A stretch of 48,801 bases of DNA. Source: Hemiscyllium ocellatum. Lineage: Eukaryota. The notes under the pieces are model-generated. The model ran no database searches. It had not been told where the DNA came from and was given only the letters and a program-made list of their open reading frames with translations. Of this stretch, positions 1-10,920 are shown piece by piece (position 1 is the first letter of the stretch; the number at the start of each line of letters is the position of its first letter). The DNA lies in the NCBI RefSeq assembly GCF_020745735.1, contig NC_083409.1, positions 11,286,820 to 11,335,620 on the forward strand. Direction: 5' to 3'. Both the position numbers and the translations under genes were made by a program.

Positions 1-420
1 AACCTATGCCTTCTAGTTTTCAACAGCCCCACTCTGGAGAAAAGATCTTCTCTATTCACCCTATCTATGCCCCTCATGATTTTATGAACCATTATATTGT
101 CACCCCTCAGCCTCCAAAGTTGCAGGGACAATAGCCTCAGCCTATTCAGCCTTTCCAGATAGCTCAAACCCTCCGACCCTGGCAACATCTTTGTAAATCT
201 TTTCTGAAGCATTTTAAGATTCACAACATTATTCCTGTAGCAGGGAGACCAGAATTGCACACAGTATTCCAAAAGTGCCCTAACCAATGTCCTGTACAGC
301 CGCAACAGCTCCCAACTCCAATACTCAATGCACTGCCCAATAAAGGAAAGCATACTGAACAACATCTTCACCACACTATCGACCTGCAACTCCACTTTGA
401 AGGAACTATACTTTTTTTTT
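1..420 (-). mobile_element. CR1/HER1-like LINE 3' fragment
   Basis: Resembles the 3' part of the CR1 copy at ~45700-46050 (accctatctatgcccctcatgattt, cctgtacagccgcaac, ctcaatgcactg); no intact ORF. Confidence 0.55.
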
Positions 421-2353
421 GAATGAACTGTGAATCCTTCAGTTGTGAAAGATGCCATTCCATGTCACCATTGGAGGAAGAGCAGGCAGTTCCCCCAGTG
501 CCCTGGTTAATACTTATACCCCAATCAAAATCAATAAAAATCTATTTCCCTGCTAATTATCATAATGTGTTTGGGATCTTACTGTGCACACTCTGCTGGA
601 AAGAGCCATTGGGGCATCCTGAGTTGGGGACAGGTGCCACACAAATTCAAGTCTTTCTTTAAAGTTGGAGCTTCCTGATCCTGACCCTCACCCATTGTCC
701 GTGCACTCTCACCTTCCAGGGGTCATTGAGTCATTAGGAGAAGTGACCTTGTCTGACCCTGGGGCAGTGAGAATCTTTGTAGCCTCACCCTTGACCTCAG
801 CCCATTGGTGTGCAGCAAGGTTTGAAATGTAATCTGGAACCTTCCACATGGACACCCAATGAAGTGTGTGGATCCAAGTCTGCTCCAATGTTCTCAGATA
901 AAGTTCTCCTGATCTGTGGGTGATAGCAGGTTTGTTAAAGATGTATTGAGCTCCATCCTACTTTCCAGCTTTTCTCCATAGCTCTGGAGGTTTCGCTGTT
1001 TCAAGTGAATATTCAAGTGTTTTTTCAATGTGATGATGGTTTTGGCCTCTCCCACCCTTTCAGTCAGCAAGTCCCAGATCTCACCAGCCTCTGGGTGGAA
1101 ACAGTTACTCCTCAACTCCCCTCAAACCCTGCCCCAATTCATTTCAATCTCTCCCCATGGCTATTGCTTCTCTGCTGATGGAAATCAGTCCTTCCTACCC
1201 ACTCTGTCCAGGGCCCTTATCATTTTACACATCTCGAATGCTCCACCCTTCAATACAATCACAGCCGATCATCCAACACAATCCCCTGTTCCTCCTTTCT
1301 CCCCACATTCTTTGATCCCTTTAATCCTAAGAACAATATTTAATTCCTTCTTGAACACATACCACATCTAATTCCCTCATACTGGAAGAATGGATGAGAA
1401 TTATTGGGTTGTTATTTTTTGACCAGTATGGACACAATGGGCTGATGGGCCTTTTGGGTCTCTATGATTCTATGATTGTATATTATGAATAACTGGGTAC
1501 CAAGGACTGACCCCTGTAGTATGACAATTGGTAACTACCTGCCATTCAGAAAAAGACTTGTTGTTTCTGTCCTGTCTGCCGACCAGTTCCCAATCCATGT
1601 CAGTACATGACCTCAATCCTCTTGTTCGTTGGGATTTTCCTGATTCAGTTGGACATATTTCATCCTGTCAGTTCTTTGCCTTCCTCAGGTCCTGTTCAAT
1701 GTCACCCCTGCATTTTCTATCCTCCTCTCAGCTTTCTGCAGGTTTGATCTCCAGATAACCAACATCACCATCCCTGTTTGGTCTTCCCTACTCTGCTGCC
1801 TTTTGACATTCCAGGCTGAGAGTCTATATTTGGGAGTCTCACCCTTACTCATTGTGGGAACAGATTCTGAACAATCTCTGTCTCATCCTTCGAGGTCTCC
1901 TGCTGCCCTGACACTGATTTTTCATCATGTACTTGATTTCAGTCCACTTTGCTAAATCACCGCACAGTTTAGTAAAATAGTTCATTCCCAAATGAAAACT
2001 TTTACACTTGCTCCATTGTTCTCCATTTCCATCCGTACACTCAATCTGAGTTCTGATCACTGTCACTGAAATGCTCCCCCATTGATAGCCCTTCCAGCTG
2101 CCCACATTCATTCCCTAAATGATGGTCTAAAACTATCCCTTCTCTTTCAGGGGCAATTAGGGATGGGCAATAAATGCTGGTCCTGGCAGTGACCCTCATA
2201 TCCCATGAAGCAATTTAAACAATACCTGTTCTTTTGTCGGGTCTATTCTGTATTGACTATAAATGTTCAATATGATTGTATTGCCAGTGAATATACTGAG
2301 AGTCAAAATCCATTTGCTTTGCAGGTATTAAAATTGTTTCTCTTGTCTTTCAG

Positions 2354-2660
2354 GCCGTGAGAACTCTCAGCCCAAGCTGACCCTGCTGCCCCCCTCCCCG
2401 GAGCAGGTCAATGCCAAGGGCACTGCCACCCTGGTGTGCCTTGCCAATCACTTCTATCCTGATGAACTGGAGGTGCAGTGGAAGAAGGACGGTGCAGTCA
2501 TTTCGGACGGGGTTCAGACCAGCAACCACCTGCGAGCTTCGGACAGCACCTACAGTGTCAGCAGCCTGCTGACCCTCTCTGGGTCTGACTGGGAGTCGAA
2601 CACTCGCTTCTCCTCCCCTCTCCCCTCAGCAAGAGCATCAGGAGATCAGAATGTGTGTAG
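2354..2660 (+). pseudogene. Immunoglobulin light-chain constant exon, kappa/NS4-like, damaged
   Basis: Pyrimidine tract and AG at 2352-2353, then RENSQPKLTLLPPSPEQVNAKGTATLVCLANHFYPDELEVQWKKDG...YSVSSLLTLSGSDWESNTRFS (C1-set motifs LVCL, FYP, W, YSVSSLL). The second Cys is missing. The canonical tail PLSKSIRRSECV-TAG (stop 2658-2660) is in a different frame. Confidence 0.93.
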
Positions 2661-3182
2661 AGTGTTTGAGACAGTCCACAGAGGAGACACAACTTTAAAT
2701 AGAACAGGGCTGAGCTGGCAGGACAAAGGTCATTGTCAGCACTGAATTTCAACTCTCTTCCTTCTCAGGACTGGCTCAGAGATACATCTGAGGTTTGGAT
2801 GTTGAAGTCGGTCACTGCGACAGTATCAAGAGACTTTGCGCTATGTCAAAGCTCATGTTGTCCTTGTCTGGGGAGTGTTTGATTGGGAAGTGTTGACTGT
2901 ATGCCAAGTAAAATCTCTTGAAGTTGCTGAAGACTGTCAGCTGTACAAAACAATGTGAACCTCAGAAGTCTCTGCTTCAGTAAACCAGATCTTCTTCCTG
3001 CTCCGCTGTCAGTTCCAATTTAAGGTTTTATCACTGTTTAAAGGGACAGGACTCTCATGTTATTGAGCAAATCTTCACAAGTGTTTTCCTCAAACGCCAT
3101 TGTGGCTGTGAATTTGAGCAGCTTCCTCTGTCTGGGCTGTTAGTTGCAGTTTTTTTTCTGTCAATGTGAACGTGGAAAAGGG

Positions 3183-3188
3183 AATAAA
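3183..3188 (+). terminator. Possible polyadenylation signal for the C exon
   Basis: First AATAAA I found downstream of the C-exon stop (~520 nt); position only. Confidence 0.3.
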
Positions 3189-3518
3189 GATGAAGATTCA
3201 ATCTCTGTTTCCGTGTGCTTTGGAAATAGATGACCGCCTCCCCCTCCCCAGTTGATTGGCTGCATTTCAGCAGGTCATTGTCACAATTGGTTGCTTGGCC
3301 TGTCAATCAATTACAATCATCTATCATTAATCATTTTCAAATGATCCCTTTGGTCAGGAATTTATGAAGGTTACAAGATTCCAAAAGGAACAGAAACTCA
3401 ATAAGTACAACCCGACGCATTACTTCCAGGCCCAGCTGATGGGATTGCACTGTGCAATCTCTGTGGCATGTTGGGTAGCCCCTGAAACAATCTTCAGCCA
3501 TTCACAGACATTGTCGGC

Positions 3519-3870
3519 TGTGTCTCTCTCAGTGTGTGTGTTACTTAGTGCAGCCTGTAGGTGTCTTTCTCAGTGCGAGTGTGTTACTCTGTGCTGCCTG
3601 TAGGTGTCTCTCTCAGTGCGAGTGTGTTACTCTGTGCTGCCTGTAGGTGTCTCTCTCAGTGCGAGTGTGTTACTCTGTGCTGCCTGTAGGTGTCTCTCTC
3701 AGTGCGAGTGTGTTACTCTGTGCTGCCTGTAGGTGTCTCTCTCAGTGCGAGTGTGTTACTCTGTGCTGCCTGTAGGTGTCTCTCTCAGTGCGAGTGTGTT
3801 ACTCTGTGCTGCCTGTAGGTGTCTCTCTCAGTGCGAGTGTGTTACTCTGTGCTGCCTGTAGGTGTCTCTC
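3519..3870. repeat. 43-bp minisatellite, ~8 copies
   Basis: Unit gtctctctcagtgcgagtgtgttactctgtgctgcctgtaggt (taggtg at 3601 and 3644); inner copies identical, first copy diverged. Confidence 0.95.
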
Positions 3871-4659
3871 TGAGGTCTGTGTCTCCGAGCGATGGATTGA
3901 GAATGGGCTTTGTGCTGGGGATTGAAGATCAGGCTTTCATCTTCTCAAATCATGAATGAAAAACAGTTCTGCTGATTCAGTCTGAGATAGCAGTTCATTC
4001 AGATGGCCAAAGTTAAAAAGCACACAAAACCAGGTTTGAGTCAAACAGGTTTATTTGGAAGTAGAAGTGCTCGGTGCGCTGTTCCTTCATCAAGTAGCTG
4101 GAGGGGCAGGATCACAGGACACAGAGTTTATAGTGTTTCATATGGCAGCTGAGAGTGTATTCTCGGTAAAGGAGGGATTTCAGAGGCAGTGGGCACTGTG
4201 CTCCCTAATGTGTTGCCCAATTACAAGGGGATTTTCTGGATACAGGTTCAGAGCAGTAGTGGCTGCCTGCCCAGCCAATGCTGGCTCACCATAGTTGTAT
4301 TTCAGTTGTCAATTAGCCCGAAATTAGGAGCAGCAATATTACCTTCCAGGGAGGGGAGCTGTCTGAGGGAGGGAGGTTGAATTCTTGCAGCTCCAAGAGA
4401 GGTTGCCGTGGATTAATGACAGGTATGACCACCATGAAGGTGCCAAGTTCTCTCCTCCTGTCCCAGCTGTGATGCCCCTCAGGTTAAAAACGTAACTGTG
4501 CTCCTTTAGGATGATGACCATGTTCCTGGATGAGGTAGGAAGGGAAGGTCAGCCTCTCCCAAAGGCAGCACAAGCTGGATCAAAGGGGCATTAAGAGTAA
4601 GCATGGGGAGATTGAGGGTGACAGAAGGAGGGGGTTGGTTCGCAGGTTGTTATTCAGTC

Positions 4660-4770
4660 AGGTCGCAGAGTCCTGCTCCTTGGATGCTGCCTGACCTGCT
4701 GCACTTTTTCAGCACCACATTTTCAGCTCTGATCTCCAGCATCTGCAGTCCTCCCTTTCTCCTATCAATA
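4660..4770 (+). mobile_element. Penelope-like pseudo-LTR 3' tail fragment
   Basis: ctgctccttggatgctgcctgacctgctgc...ttttcagctctgatctccagcatctgcagtcctc, the same tail as at ~20370-20461 and ~36305-36408. Confidence 0.7.
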
Positions 4771-4867
4771 CTTCTGACAGTCCCCATTTATTTTTCTTAG
4801 CACCTCTGACACTCCTGTTTATTTTTTTTTCTATTGCCCTACTCTACTGCCTAACAGTGGTCTTGCT

Positions 4868-5585
4868 TATTTTTTCCCCAGCACCCATGTTGTGTGTGTG
4901 CAGGTGTGAGACACAGTGAGAGACACAAGGTGTCCGAAACTTGATTCAGTTTCCACCACCAGGAAGAAAGGAAACACCCGAGTGGCTTGTGACAAGCAGT
5001 GCCCTTCACATCAAAGGGCAATGCTGTGTGATCAAACAGTGAAGGGGAGGGCAGGGATTAAATCAAAATAGAGTTGGAGGGGGATATAATGCCTTCCACT
5101 CCCTGTGGCGCCCCCCTTTCCTTGAACAACTCCAGGGTGTTGCCGGACACCGCGTGCTCCCTCTCCAAGGACACCCGGGTTCTAACGTAACCAGGGAAGA
5201 GGAGCAGGCAGTCCGCCCTCACGACCCCTCCACGGCCCGCTGCCTGGATCTGTTCATGGCCAGTTTGGCCAGGCCCAGGAACAGACCCACGAGCAGGTCT
5301 TCAGACATGCCCTCCCTCCTCCGTACCAGGTGCCCGAAGATCAGGAGCGTGGGACTGAAGTGCAACCAAAAACAGAGGAGGAGGTTTTTAAGAAAATCAA
5401 GAAGGAAGTGCAAATGCCCACACCCAATGTACACGTGGTCCATGGACTCCACAGCACCACAGAACAAGCAGTTGTGCTGGGAGTCTGTGAACCACCGCAA
5501 TCTGCGGTTGCAGGGGACCGCTGCATGCAGCACCCTCCACCCCAGATCCCTGAGAGAAATGGGGAGGACTCCCACTTAGAGAGCC
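4868..5585 (-). mobile_element. Tx1/L1-clade retrotransposon 3' fragment (ORF2 C-terminal CCHC zinc knuckle)
   Basis: ORF 5219-5575(-): CLFCGAVESMDHVYIGC...LGLAKLAMNRSRQRAVEG, typical of the Tx1 ORF2 C-terminus; A-rich 3' end near 4868. Confidence 0.8.
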
Positions 5586-5589
5586 CTCC

Positions 5590-8045
5590 ACCGGGGATCC
5601 CTCACCTGACCTCGAGCTCTCTGAGGCTAAAACGTCTGTCCTCAGGAAAAGGCTCACAGTCAGTCCCGCCCAACCCCACCTCAACAAAACGCGCACCCGC
5701 CACGAGCGGAGCTCTTCTTCCGCTGCCTCTACCTCCGTGTCTTTTTCTTTAACAAAAACTCCCAACCTCCCTCTGAGGACCCCTCGTCCCACCTCCAACA
5801 TTCCTCCTTCACTTGGTCACCCCCCCAATCCCCCACCACCAGCTGTGTACACATCCTAGACCTCTTCAGTGCTGACCACTGAGGTGACATTAGCAGCCTC
5901 ATTTTCTCCATGTCCTCCCGCAACCCCGTCACCCTCTCCAACCATCCCTACTCTGATTGAGGACTCCACTTTCTCTGCACCAACCCCTGGTTCACTATCA
6001 AGCCCACTGACAAAGGTGGGGTGGTGGTAGTCTGGAGAACAGACCTAAATGTCACATAGGGCGAATGCCAATTCTCCAACACCATGCCCTAAATTTCCCT
6101 TGCCCATGACCCCGCGGTGACCCATCAGGCCAAAATCACTTACATTATCAGTGTCCCCATTGCCTCCAGTGATCTCCCCTCCATTGCCTCCAATCTCATA
6201 TACCCCCAGCCCCACAATGCCCAGTTCTATCTGCTCCTCAAGATCCACAAGTCCAACTACCCCGGCTGACCCATTGTCTCAGCATGCTCCTGCTCTACCG
6301 AACTCCTCTCATCCTACCTCAACTCTCCTCCTTGTTTCAGGCACTTCCCACCTACATCCGCTACACCAACCACACTCTCCATCTCTTCAGTAACGTCCAG
6401 ATCCCCAGCCCTGAGCACTTTATCTCCACTATGGATGTGCAATCCTTATATATGTCCATACCCAATAAGGATGGCCTCCAGACCCTCCACCTTTTCCTCT
6501 GCAACAGACCCATCCAGTCCCCCTCCACCAATACCCTCCTCCGCCTTGCTGAACTAGTCCTCACCCTCAACAACGTTTACTTTAACTCTTCCCATTTCCT
6601 CCAAATCCAGAGAGTGGCCATGGGCACCCAGATGGGCCCCAGCTACGCTTGCTTCTTTATCGACTATGTTGTACAGTCCCTCTTCAGTATCTATTCAGGC
6701 ACTGTGCCCCAACTCTTCCGCCATTACATCAATGACTGCATCAGTGCAGTGACCTGCACACAGGCTGAACTGGAGCAGTTCATCGGCTTTGCCCACAACT
6801 TCCACCCCGTCCTCAAATTCCCTTGGTCCATCTCGGACACCTCCCTCCCCTTTTTTGACCTCTCCATTTCCAATTCTGGTGATAATCTACAGACAGACAT
6901 TTACTACAAACCCACAGACTCCTATATCTAACTGGACTACACCTCCTCTCACCCAGTATCCTGTAAGAACTCCATTTCATTCTCCCAATTCCTCTGCCTC
7001 TGCCCCATCTGCTCAGATGAGGAGACATTCCACTGATCACAGATGTCCAACTGTTACGAACAATGTGCTTTTCCTCCTTCTGCCATCCACTGCACCAGGT
7101 CTATTTCCTGTTCCACTGCTCTAAACCCACCCCCCTCTAAATACAATAAAGGCAGAATCCCTATTGTTGTCACTAATCACCCCAGCAATCTCTGAATCCA
7201 ACGCATCATTCTTGAACACTTCCATCAACTCTAACTAGACAACACCACCAAATACATCTTCCTCTCCCCACCCCTGGCTGCCTTCCACAAGGACCATTCC
7301 CTTCGATAATTCTTGATCTGTGCCACTCGCACTGCAACCATCCCGAACCCCTCGGTACCTTCTCCTGCAACCTGAAAACATGCAAAGCCTGCTGGTACAT
7401 CAATCCCACACCTCCATCCAGGGCCCCAAACAGTCCTTCCAGGTAAGACAGAGGTTCACCTGCTTCTCCTCCAACCTAGTTTACTGCATCAGGTGTTCCC
7501 CATGTGGTCTTCTCTACATCGGGAAGAGCAAACGTAAACTGAGGAACATTTCACCGAACATCTCAGCCGGACCCACAGGGGCTGAGCAGTCCTACCAGTC
7601 AGCACCCATTTTAATTCCCCTTCCCACTCCATTTTTGACATGACCATCATTGGCGTCCTCCATTGCCACAATGAACCAAACCACATATTGGAGGAACAAC
7701 ATCTCATCTTCCTTCTGGCAGCATACAGCCCAGATGACTCAACATTGAGTTCTCCAATTTCAAATCACCTCCCTTCCCATCCCCTGACTCCCTTCCCAGC
7801 ACCTCTCCCTCCCTTCCACTACTCCCTTACACCTACCAGATTCATTCCTCCCACTGACCAACCAGGTCACACCCTCCACCTGTCATCACCTATCCCCACT
7901 TCATCATCCTGTCCCCCGCCACCTCTTTATCTGCAGCTCTCCCTACACCCACTCCATTCCTGAAGAAGGGTTCCACCTGAAACATCAGCTTCTCCACTGC
8001 CTGATGCTGCCTGACTTGCTGTGTTCTTCCAGCCTCCTGCCTGTC
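5590..8045 (+). mobile_element. Degenerate Penelope-like element (RT + GIY-YIG endonuclease + pLTR)
   Basis: LSEAKTSVLRKRL-like N-terminus; RT motifs MDVQSLYMSIP, VAMGTQMGPSYAC, RHYINDC, PFFDLSI, TDIYYKPTDS; GIY-YIG-like VYCIRCSPCGLLYIG; pLTR with a decayed hammerhead core at 7960-7985; multiple frameshifts. Confidence 0.88.
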
Positions 8046-8089
8046 ATTGAATGGAACCAGCAGGAAAGGGTCAGACAATCAAGGGTGAG

Positions 8090-8500
8090 GCTCACAAACA
8101 AATGGGAATGGGACGTGCTACAGACAGATGCATTGAGCCAGTCAATCACAAAGAGAAGACCAAACTGGAAATGCAACGCTAATACACAGTGGATGGAATT
8201 TAATATCAGAAAGTGTGAGACCATGAACTTGGGCCAGAATAATCTAAAGGCTGACTATTATTTAAATAGTGAGAGATTCCAACAAAGTGCAGTACAGAGT
8301 GATCAGGGTAGTATTGTGCACGGGACACTGAAAGTTAGTGCAGGTACAGCGAATAATTGAGAAGGTGAATGGAATTTTCACCTTTATTGCTGGGGGTTGG
8401 AATTTAAAAGCAGAGAAGTCTTGTTAAAACTGTACAGGATATTAGTGAGGCTGCATCTGGGGTATTGTATGCAATTTTGGTCTCTGTATTTAAGAAAGGA
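8090..8500 (+). mobile_element. CR1 LINE ORF2 C-terminal fragments
   Basis: WQMEFN-like and KSREVLLKLYRILVRLHLGYCMQFWS motifs (CR1 post-RT region). Confidence 0.7.
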
Positions 8501-8814
8501 TGGACAGCCGTTGGAGTCTTCCTCCAACTCCTATTTCCCATGTCCTTGTGTGCTCCAGTGTCCTTCCCTCACAGCAGAGCTGGTTGCAGCCTGCCTGCAG
8601 TAGCAGCCTCCAGTCTCTGGGTGGTGCTACTAAACGATCTGCATTGCCCAGGCTGTCACAGTTCCCACATTACGGTAATGTCTGGTTTTTGAAAGCATTC
8701 CATTGGCTGTAAAATATTTTCGAACATCCTAAGTTCAAGAATGATGTAACAAAAATATAATTCTCCCTCCTTTTATATTTTATCTCTATGCCTTCCCACT
8801 TGTCTCCTAAAAAC

Positions 8815-10590
8815 ATCACAGACTTGTGTAAAATCCAGAATGAATCATGAATCTCTGGGAGAACTTACTCTGTGACAACACGGGGATTAATGACCACCTC
8901 CTCAGTGGGCTTTGAGGGTGAAGGTCAATAGCACTCTCATTGGGACTTGATCTGAATTGTCTCCAGTTAGTCAGTGCTATTGTTCTGGGTCCAGACAGTA
9001 CTGACCAACCCCGTGTTCTGATTGAGATGAAGGGTGAGCTGTGCTGGGCTTTCACACGTGGCTTACACACACATAGTGAAGCAGGGATTACCCATTTCAT
9101 GAAAGTAAATGAAACTAACAAAATGGGTGGATGTGACACACCCAAACTCTCCCTAAGATAGTGGGGATAGAAACAGTAATATTCTCAGATAGAAAGGATG
9201 ATAGAAATGGTACCCCACAGACAGGGGTGGGACAGGAAAAGCGACGCTATTGAAAGACAGGGGACAGAAACTGTCTGTTCCCTACTTTCTTGTTGTGACA
9301 TATGTCCTTGGGAAATTGGTTTGGTTTATATTTTCTCAGTTGTATTTAGGTTTGATGAGGTGATTCGGGAACAAGGATTCCAATTCCATATTTCCTGTCA
9401 CAGTAGATCCACTGAAGGTCATCCTTTCATTTGGAGCTTGCCCAGGTTTCTGTCCAGGCTGATGCAGCATGGTCTACCAGTGCTGCTCCTATTGGGCTAA
9501 ACCATCACACACGAGGGAATCTGATGAACACTTTCTGTTTGTGCTGGCAAATGGAGAGATTTGCTTTCACTGAAATGGCGGCCAAAGAAATGAGTCAGTG
9601 GATGTATTTCTAGCTGAGCACAATGTTCTGATGTTCATGATGGGATTAACCTTGACAGTTCCCACTTGCCTTTACACCGACAGTGGAACAGGAAATCACC
9701 ACGCAGTGGTCTCCTGGCTCACACTGAGAAATCGTGTTGATGGTATAACTGCAGAGAGCAAGGCAATGGCTTGGACTCACCGAACAACCAGAGGCTTTGG
9801 CCAGCAACTGGATCACAGGCAAATGGCGTGTTGTATAAACTCTCAGTATCTCAGGGAACAAACACAACTACTGAGCTACAAAACTGAACAGGATATTTTT
9901 ATGAAAATCGGCATTCCGAAAATGAAATCCAAACACAATATGTATAAAACCTGGGTACAATCTAATTTCAGAGAGTACAGCATTTTCTTTGAAAGCTGGA
10001 CAATAATGAGATGGGAATTCAGCCACCCACTCCGTCACACGGTGTTGAAGTTGCGCTGTCCTCAGCATAACACGGTTCAAAGCCTTTTAATAACACGAAA
10101 GGGGAGAGGAACATTGCAAACTGTATTACCACGAGTGAGGATCCATTAAAAACTAAGACCATGATGTTAAATGCTCCCAGCCATAAACAACACTGAAGGA
10201 TTCCCATCATTAGTTTGTTAAACGATGTTAAAAGTCTGCCAAACACTTTCATGAAGACAGAGTATTTTAAATCTCAAGATGCATTGATGTTGTTTTTCAG
10301 TACAATAGCAAGGAAGCAGCAGCTGACACACTTTTCTTGAGAGAAAACAATCAACAGCAGAGATCTGTCCAGTGCTGGGAACACTTTAGACAAGACAGTT
10401 TGTTGCCAGCAAGTTACTGCAGCTTGAAAACTCCAGTACAGTCAGAAAGAGAAAAAGGACAATGTGCAGATTGTTGAACAGGCCCCTACACCTGGGCCTG
10501 AGGCAGCAGCCCAAGCTCCAACACACTGGCCTCACTTCACACCAACCTTCACACAGTGCGGGGTCATGAACTCCGGCAATCAATCCCTCT
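8815..10590 (-). repeat. Inverted segmental duplication, arm A (paralog of ~19369-21900)
   Basis: The reverse complement aligns colinearly with arm B (paired ORFs 9646-9867(-)/20909-21106(+), 10019-10252(-)/20541-20744(+)). Arm B lacks ~190 bp present at ~10245-10430 and carries a 1-kb insertion. Confidence 0.92.
9270..9735 (-). pseudogene. Highly decayed Ig V-segment-like relic (arm A) with 12-RSS-like end
   Basis: On the minus strand, in order: octamer-like ATTTGCCT (9817-9824), ACGATTTCTCAG start-like, NIVLS* (DIVLTQ-like), Cys, QKPGQAP (9432-9452), FSGS, then cacaaca-12nt-acagacagt (9297-9270). Stops and frameshifts throughout. Confidence 0.4.
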
Positions 10591-10904
10591 GGGACCGGGA
10601 TGGAGTGAGGGAACAGGGACAATTGTAGAGGAGTCAATAAGGAGTAAAGCAAGATGGAGAGGGTGTATTGGAAAGGGGTTAGAGGAGGAAATATACTTTG
10701 TGCCCCTCGATACTGATATTGTCCATTTGTATCACAGAAAGAACAAAACAGCACACTGTGAAGATAATCACAAGTTACACCAAAGTACTTTTCTTATCAC
10801 AGGGGACATTTTCATTGTGGTACGATAAGTACCCTGCTTCTGAAGCTGGACACACTCTCTGCATCTTTGCAGTTTATGTTTTACTGATCAGGGACAGTGA
10901 AGCA

Positions 10905-10920
10905 GCTGCCCTCTAGTGGC
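10905..10920 (-). promoter_or_regulatory. CTCF-motif match
   Basis: gctgccctctagtggc; reverse complement GCCACTAGAGGGCAGC matches the vertebrate CTCF core consensus. Motif only. Confidence 0.55.

Noticed and set aside
580-662. J-like peptide LGTGATQIQVFL upstream of the C exon, with tactgtg nearby
   Set aside because: No FGxG, no nonamer at 12 or 23 spacing, and no splice donor.
3519-3870. Regular repeats resembling a CRISPR array
   Set aside because: The units are contiguous with no unique spacers, and the context is eukaryotic.
7960-7990. Hammerhead-like cores at 7960, 20341 and ~36925
   Set aside because: The core box, stem II or stem III palindrome is mutated, so they are not called functional ribozymes.
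9598-10149. 183-aa ORF, among the longest not assigned to a transposon
   Set aside because: It is antisense to the V-like relic and is not open in the paralogous arm; no domain recognised.
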